Source: Lepidodermella squamata
Lineage: Eukaryota; Animalia; Gastrotricha
Assembly (NCBI GenBank): GCA_047495785.1
Contig: JBLDXI010000024.1
Span: 4,092,001-4,156,000, forward strand
Length of the DNA stretch: 64,000 nt
Reading direction: 5' to 3'
Notes under the pieces: model-generated
What the model was told of the DNA's origin: nothing
The model's input: the letters and a program-made list of their open reading frames with translations, nothing else
The model's database searches: none
Shown: piece by piece, positions 58,757 to 64,000 of the stretch
Layout: each line of letters begins with the position of its first letter
How positions within the stretch are numbered: position 1 is the first letter of the stretch
Program-made: the position numbers and the translations under genes

Positions 58757-59799
58757 TACAGCGATATCGGCTGCGCGCCTTGTGACTAAGCCGCGCGCAG
58801 GAGTGCTGAGTGAGAGCGGATGGAGAGCGGACATGCACACTGCGTGTTAGCTGCGGCTGTTACCTACAACTAGCGGTATGGGGCGTTTTTGTGTTACACA
58901 CTTCCCGTCTTTTCAAAAAATTGCACTGTTGACAATTCATCTAATTGCATTGTCGATAATAACAAAGCGCAAGGGCCGAGGCGAAGCCAGGGTTTTCTGG
59001 ACAGGCGTGCGCAATTTTGCCAAAAATCACATAAACGTGGGCGAATTTGTGATGATAAAAAGGCCTTGGTCCGTCAGCCGTATGATTCTGCTTAATGTGA
59101 TGAATTTGAAAGAAACATGCGATTAAATTCAACTCAGAGCTGGAGGCTGAAACCGTGCCACAAAACGCCGATAACGTCGCCCCGGCAGATCCAATCGTCG
59201 AAAAGCTTGGAGCCGGTATGGCTATGAGCTGCAATTGCAGCGGCGACCGTAGGCAGACGTCGCTCGGCACCAATCATAGCAGTTGTAATCGCAAGAATTC
59301 ATAAATAACTGATTTTTTGTTGAATTTGAGTAAAATTAAGGTGTGCTACAAAATGCGAAAACTGTGCTACAATTTGGATTTAATTTGTGCTACACTTGCG
59401 CAGCTGTGCTACAAATGGTCATATCTGTGCTGCGCTTTATAAATTCCTCATTATAGACCCAATTTCGATTTTGGCGTCAACAACTCCAGACCCAATCAAC
59501 AACATTAATTACCGTAGCCCATTCACTAATAATTGCCGATCCTCAATAGTTGCCCAGGGTTGAGAGGTCAAGTCGGTTCGCGAAAACATCAAAAATAATT
59601 CACGAAAATTATTTATCCAAATCTTATCCAAATTTCAAGGTTGATAATTTAGTCTCGGGCTGCTATAGGAAAAAATATGGTAATTAAATTGGAACTGTTT
59701 CCAAATCAAACAAAACAGTTCAGTCCCTGACTAGCTGGTATATCTGTTTCATGAGACGTACTATAATCTGTTTGTTTGCCAAACTAGCCCATTTGCTGG

Positions 59800-61150
59800 A
59801 GTTTTTTCGCATAATTTTCAAGCTGATTCTCAGAATACGCAGTAGGTGAGAGATATACACTATATAGCTGTAACATTTTGGACCTTGTACTACTCCTTAT
59901 CTCATGCTGAACCAAACTCAACTAAACACAAACGCAGAATAATTTTCAGGTAAAAATGAGTAAGAAATAAATATTGTGCGCTCACCGCCCAATTTTCTTG
60001 GAAATCTCATCACAATTAATGTATAATCAAGCAACGCGGCGAGTTCTATTACATATTTTTCCTCAAACAGCATGTTACGAAAAAGGGAATTTCCATGTTT
60101 TTAGCTCAGTCACAAACTGATTCAATATTCAGTTAGTATCGATAAAGCGCAGCTAGGACCCAGTTGACTTTCGAGGTGACTTTGGTAGACGGAGAAAGAG
60201 TATCAATATTGGAGTCTGAACCTAAAATTCTCAGAATAGGCGCAGTATATTGTATACGCCTGGAACATTATATATTTTATGACACAATATACGGTTCCTT
60301 ATCTCACGCTCAACCCGTACTGCTTTATAATAATTATTTTTAGGTAAAAACGACTAATAAATATATATCTAGCGCTTTACCGCCCACCCTTTCTTTGAAA
60401 TCCACAGAACAAGATGTATAATCGGGCAACGTGTGATTCCAATGTCGAGCTGGTCAACTGAGCGATCATAATTAGGAATTTACTCTTATAGCAGAGGCTC
60501 ATCAGCTTGCTTTCTTCTCGGAGACAAATAAATTGTGATTATAAAACGAATCGATAAAATCAATTAATTCAATTGCAACTGTAAATTGCAACAAAATCAT
60601 TGGTGCACTGTGCACTTAGGACCCAGTCCAGGTCATGTCTCGTAAACCAGAGCCCGGCTTATCAACAAGACCTAGGTTTGCAACCGTTTGCCCTATGTTA
60701 GCCGAATCTGCTCATTGGCTGACATTTTTCGCCTAATTTGTTTACAGATTCTCGGAATAGGTGGAATATAGCTGTGACAAATTATGGCAACATACTGTTC
60801 CTCATGCTGAACCCGTTAGAGACGCATAATAATTTGCGGGTAAAAATGAATTGCGCCCATCTTTTCTCGGAAATCTCAGCTATCGTAATATGGAAGCTAC
60901 TGTTTTAGGAAAAGCTCATCAGCATGTGCTCATCTTGGATTGCTCATCTAATTTTTGGTTGCAAAATGAATCAACAATCAATCATATATATGGCTGTAAC
61001 ATTTTACAACCTGATACCCTTCGTTATCTCGTGCTTAACCCGTGACAAGCGCACAATAATTTTCAGGTAAAATGACTAATGAATATAATATATTCAGTGC
61101 TCAGCCGCCCACTCTTTCTTGGAAATCCTCATAAACAATTTATGTAAGGC
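59800..61150 (+). repeat. Four diverged copies of a roughly 200-bp promoter module plus a decayed copy of ABCB exon 1
   Basis: TATAGCTGTAACATTT...TTATCTCATGCTGAACC...ATAATTTTCAGGTAAAAATGA...CCGCCCA...TTTCTTGGAAATC recurs at about 59860, 60260, 60765 and 60990. The segment 60120-60225 resembles 61251-61345. Confidence 0.75.
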
Positions 61151-61237
61151 GGAAAGTTCGCATGTATATAAGCTCCCTTGACGGCATGTAACGGCTTCAG
61201 TTTCACGAATAAATATTATTTTTATACTCGCAACTAC

Positions 61238-64000
61238 ATGGCGACATCGGAAAATGATTCAATCACTATCGATATGGCAGCTAAGCCAGTCGAGGTGACA
61301 ACAATTGACGGAGAAAAAGTAACGATATCGGAGTCTAAGCCTGAGTTTGTCGATGCACCAAAATCAAACCGAGTCGTCGGTGTTTTTGAAGTGGTAAGAA
61401 GTCATTTCATACTTGACTTTCCTTCAGATTAACAATTCTTCCTGCGCCAATTTTTTAATTAAAGCATATTTTTATTTGTTTCAGTTTCGTTTTGCAACTG
61501 GATTTGACATACTGCTGATGATCGTTGGAGCCTTAGCTGCGATAGCACATGGTGCGATTATACCGAGTACTACATTGGTAATTCAGTTTTTTAGGAATTA
61601 CATTTGTACACATCTTCTTCCTTTATACAGATTTATGGCCCGATTGTACAAAGCCTAGCAGTGCCATTAGGGTGCCAATTCCACGAGCCGTCCATTCGGA
61701 CTGCTACAGCGGGAGCTGGTTACGCCTCGACGTTGGATGATTTAACCGAAGAAATAATATTTTTTGTGATTGCGGGTTGCGCATCGCTGGCATTTGCTTT
61801 CATTCAAAAAACATCCTGGTCAATAGCCGCCGAAAACCAGACTACAGTAATTCGCCGGAAATTTTTCTGCTCCCTGATGCGACAGGATGTTGGCTGGTAC
61901 GATACGAAATCAACAGGTATTATAACATCGAAGTTCAACGAAGACATCAACAACATCCGGATTGGCATCGGCGATAAAACTGCGATGGCTTTCCAGTACC
62001 TCGGAAGTCTAATCGCTGGCTTGATTGTCGGAATGATCACCGGCTGGGAGCTAGCCCTTGTCCTTTTGACATTGTGCCCTTTTGTCGGCATTCTTTCTTT
62101 CTTAACGATCAATGTAGTTACGGACTATGCGCAGAAGGAAACAGCAGCGTATTCAAAGGCTGGCGCTATTGCCCATGAGGTTCTCAATGCAGTCAGAACA
62201 GTGACGGCGTTCGGCGGGCAAAACGACGAAGTTTCTTTCTACGCGTCAAATCTGGACGAGGCTCGAAAGGTTGGGACTAAAAAGGGCGCCTTGACCGGAG
62301 CATTGGTAGGGTTTACTTTTCTAATCAATTTCTCTTTACATGCCGTGGGGCTCATGTATGGCATCTACCTGACTGGGCAGCGAGACTCCGATTACTCACT
62401 CGCCAAAGTTTTAACGACGCTGTTCGCTATTTTCCTGGGCACATCACAAATTGGAATGTCTGGTCTTTGCTTTCAGTTGTTCAATGGCGCAAGGGTAGCG
62501 GCTTACCACGTTTTCGAAATAATAGATCGAGTCCCGGAAATTGATGCCTATTCGAAAGAAGGCGTCAAACCAACGCCTAATAAATTTCGTGGCAACATCG
62601 ATTTGCGGAACGTTGAATTCACATACCCGTCTCGACCGACGGAGAAAGTCCTGAAAGGCATTAATTTGTCCATTCAACCTGGCCAAACAGTAGCTTTAGT
62701 TGGAGCTAGCGGCTGCGGGAAGTCAACAATTGTAAATTTGATCCAACGCTTCTACGACGCGAATCACGGCACCGTTTATATCGATGGCATTGACATTCGC
62801 AGCTACAACATCTATGCATTGAGGTCTTACATTGGCGTTGTAGGCCAAGAACCGGTTCTCTTCTCTGGAACGATTGCTGAAAATATCAAACTAGGCTGCT
62901 CCGATGTCACGAGTGAAGATATTGAAAACGCAGCTAGGCAGGCCAATGCTCATGAGTTCATAATAGAACTGCCTAAAGGATACGATACTCCTATAATCAA
63001 GGGCCAATTGTCAGGTGGCCAAAAGCAGCGAATTGCTATCGCTCGAGCTTTGATCAGGAATCCGAGGATTTTGCTTCTTGACGAGGCAACATCTGCCTTG
63101 GATACGAAATCGGAACAGATCGTTCAGGAAGCTTTGGACAAAGCCAGCCGTGGTCGTACGACTATTGTTGTAGCTCATCGGCTGTCAACGATTGTTAACG
63201 CGGACAAGATCGTGGTTTTCGAGCAGGGGGAAGTCGCAGAAATAGGGACGCATGATGAACTTGTGGCGAAGGGCGGAGTGTATGTTGCCCTCTTCAGTGC
63301 GCAATCAGACAAAAATATTGCTGTAGACAAGGTTCGATGATTTTCCTTGTGATTGAATCAATTTAAAACATTATTGTTAGGAATTTCAGAATGGAACTGC
63401 CGCCTCGGAGGTTGAACGGAGCATTCAAATCAACCCCGAACTAGAAGGCGACCGAAGGCCCATCAAAACTCCTGATAACAAGGCTTCATTTTCTACGATC
63501 CAACTTTGCAAACTGGCTGCCCCTGAATGGCACCTGTATACCATCGGCATTTTTGCATCAGTATTAGCTGGCGGCATTTGGCCGGTTTTCTCGGTTGCAT
63601 TCACCCAAGTCATCGAAGCCTTCAGCTTTTGCAACCCTAATGCACTTCTGGGACAAGGGCTATCTTATGCCGCTGTCATTTTTAGCATTGGTTGCGGATA
63701 CCTCCTGTTACAGAGCGTTCTTTGGACAACACTTTCGATGGCGTCGGAGCGTTTAGTCCAACGGATCAGAGTTATGACCCTCAAGGCAATGTTAGATCAA
63801 GAAATCGGCTACTTTGACCTAGCTGGCAATTCAGTTGGAGCTTTGACTTCGAGATTATCGACAAAAGCATCTGCTGTGAAGGTATATTGCCGGAAAATTC
63901 ATTCAATAGTTTTATTAAATTAATTATACTTTAGGATGGAATCGGTCCACAATTAGGCTCCATGATTCAGGCGATTGTATCGATTTTATTTTCAATCGGC
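61238..64000 (+). CDS. ABCB1: ABCB1/P-glycoprotein-type full ABC transporter, 3'-truncated by the window; exons 61238-61393, 61485-61577, 61631-63330, 63381-63881, 63935->64000
   Basis: TMD1; Walker A GASGCGKST; signature LSGGQKQRIAIARAL; Walker B ILLLDEATSALD; TMD2 begins PEW and LDQEIGYFD...NSVGALTSRL. TATATAA near 61166. Confidence 0.93.

Larger units (their letters stand above)
54216..59449. mobile_element. Non-autonomous Mutator-type element with a 9-bp TSD
   Basis: ATTATAGAC duplicated at 54207-54215 and 59450-59458; ends GAGG and CCTC; subterminal TGTAGCACA arrays in inverted orientation. Confidence 0.88.

Overview
AT-rich, gene-dense genomic DNA from an invertebrate animal, with short GT-AG introns (about 45-60 bp, mostly ttttcag acceptors). 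The species cannot be fixed from the sequence; FAM221B and an RFX X-box imply a ciliated animal. In order, the window holds: two tandem orphan Cys-loop receptor subunits; two U5 snRNA genes flanking an intronless, prokaryote-like PQQ/BamB beta-propeller gene; a small tRNA cluster (Arg-TCG, Leu-CAA, two Arg-ACG, plus a scrambled inverted pseudo-tRNA); FAM221B; an unannotated two-exon neuropeptide precursor predicted to release LYQRMamide; a divergent eIF4E3; a citrate-synthase paralogue lacking the catalytic Asp; SMIM30; a DxD glycosyltransferase-like gene; a four-copy array of 2OG-Fe(II) oxygenase-fold genes with no metal ligands (one copy frameshifted); a Trp-repeat GPI-type protein; an RRM-like ORF; an FMO; a MEI1-like ARM-repeat gene; a leaderless trypsin-fold protease; and the 5' part of an ABCB1/P-glycoprotein gene with a multiplied promoter. 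Mobile elements include Tc1/mariner MITEs, a LINE tail, Mutator remnants (one with an OTU protease), a Helitron fragment and a nested MULE > Tc1/mariner element. The best candidates for new biology are the neuropeptide, the 2OG pseudo-oxygenase family, the remodelled eIF4E3 next to the pseudo-citrate synthase, and the possibly horizontally acquired beta-propeller. Family assignments come from recalled motifs, not database searches.
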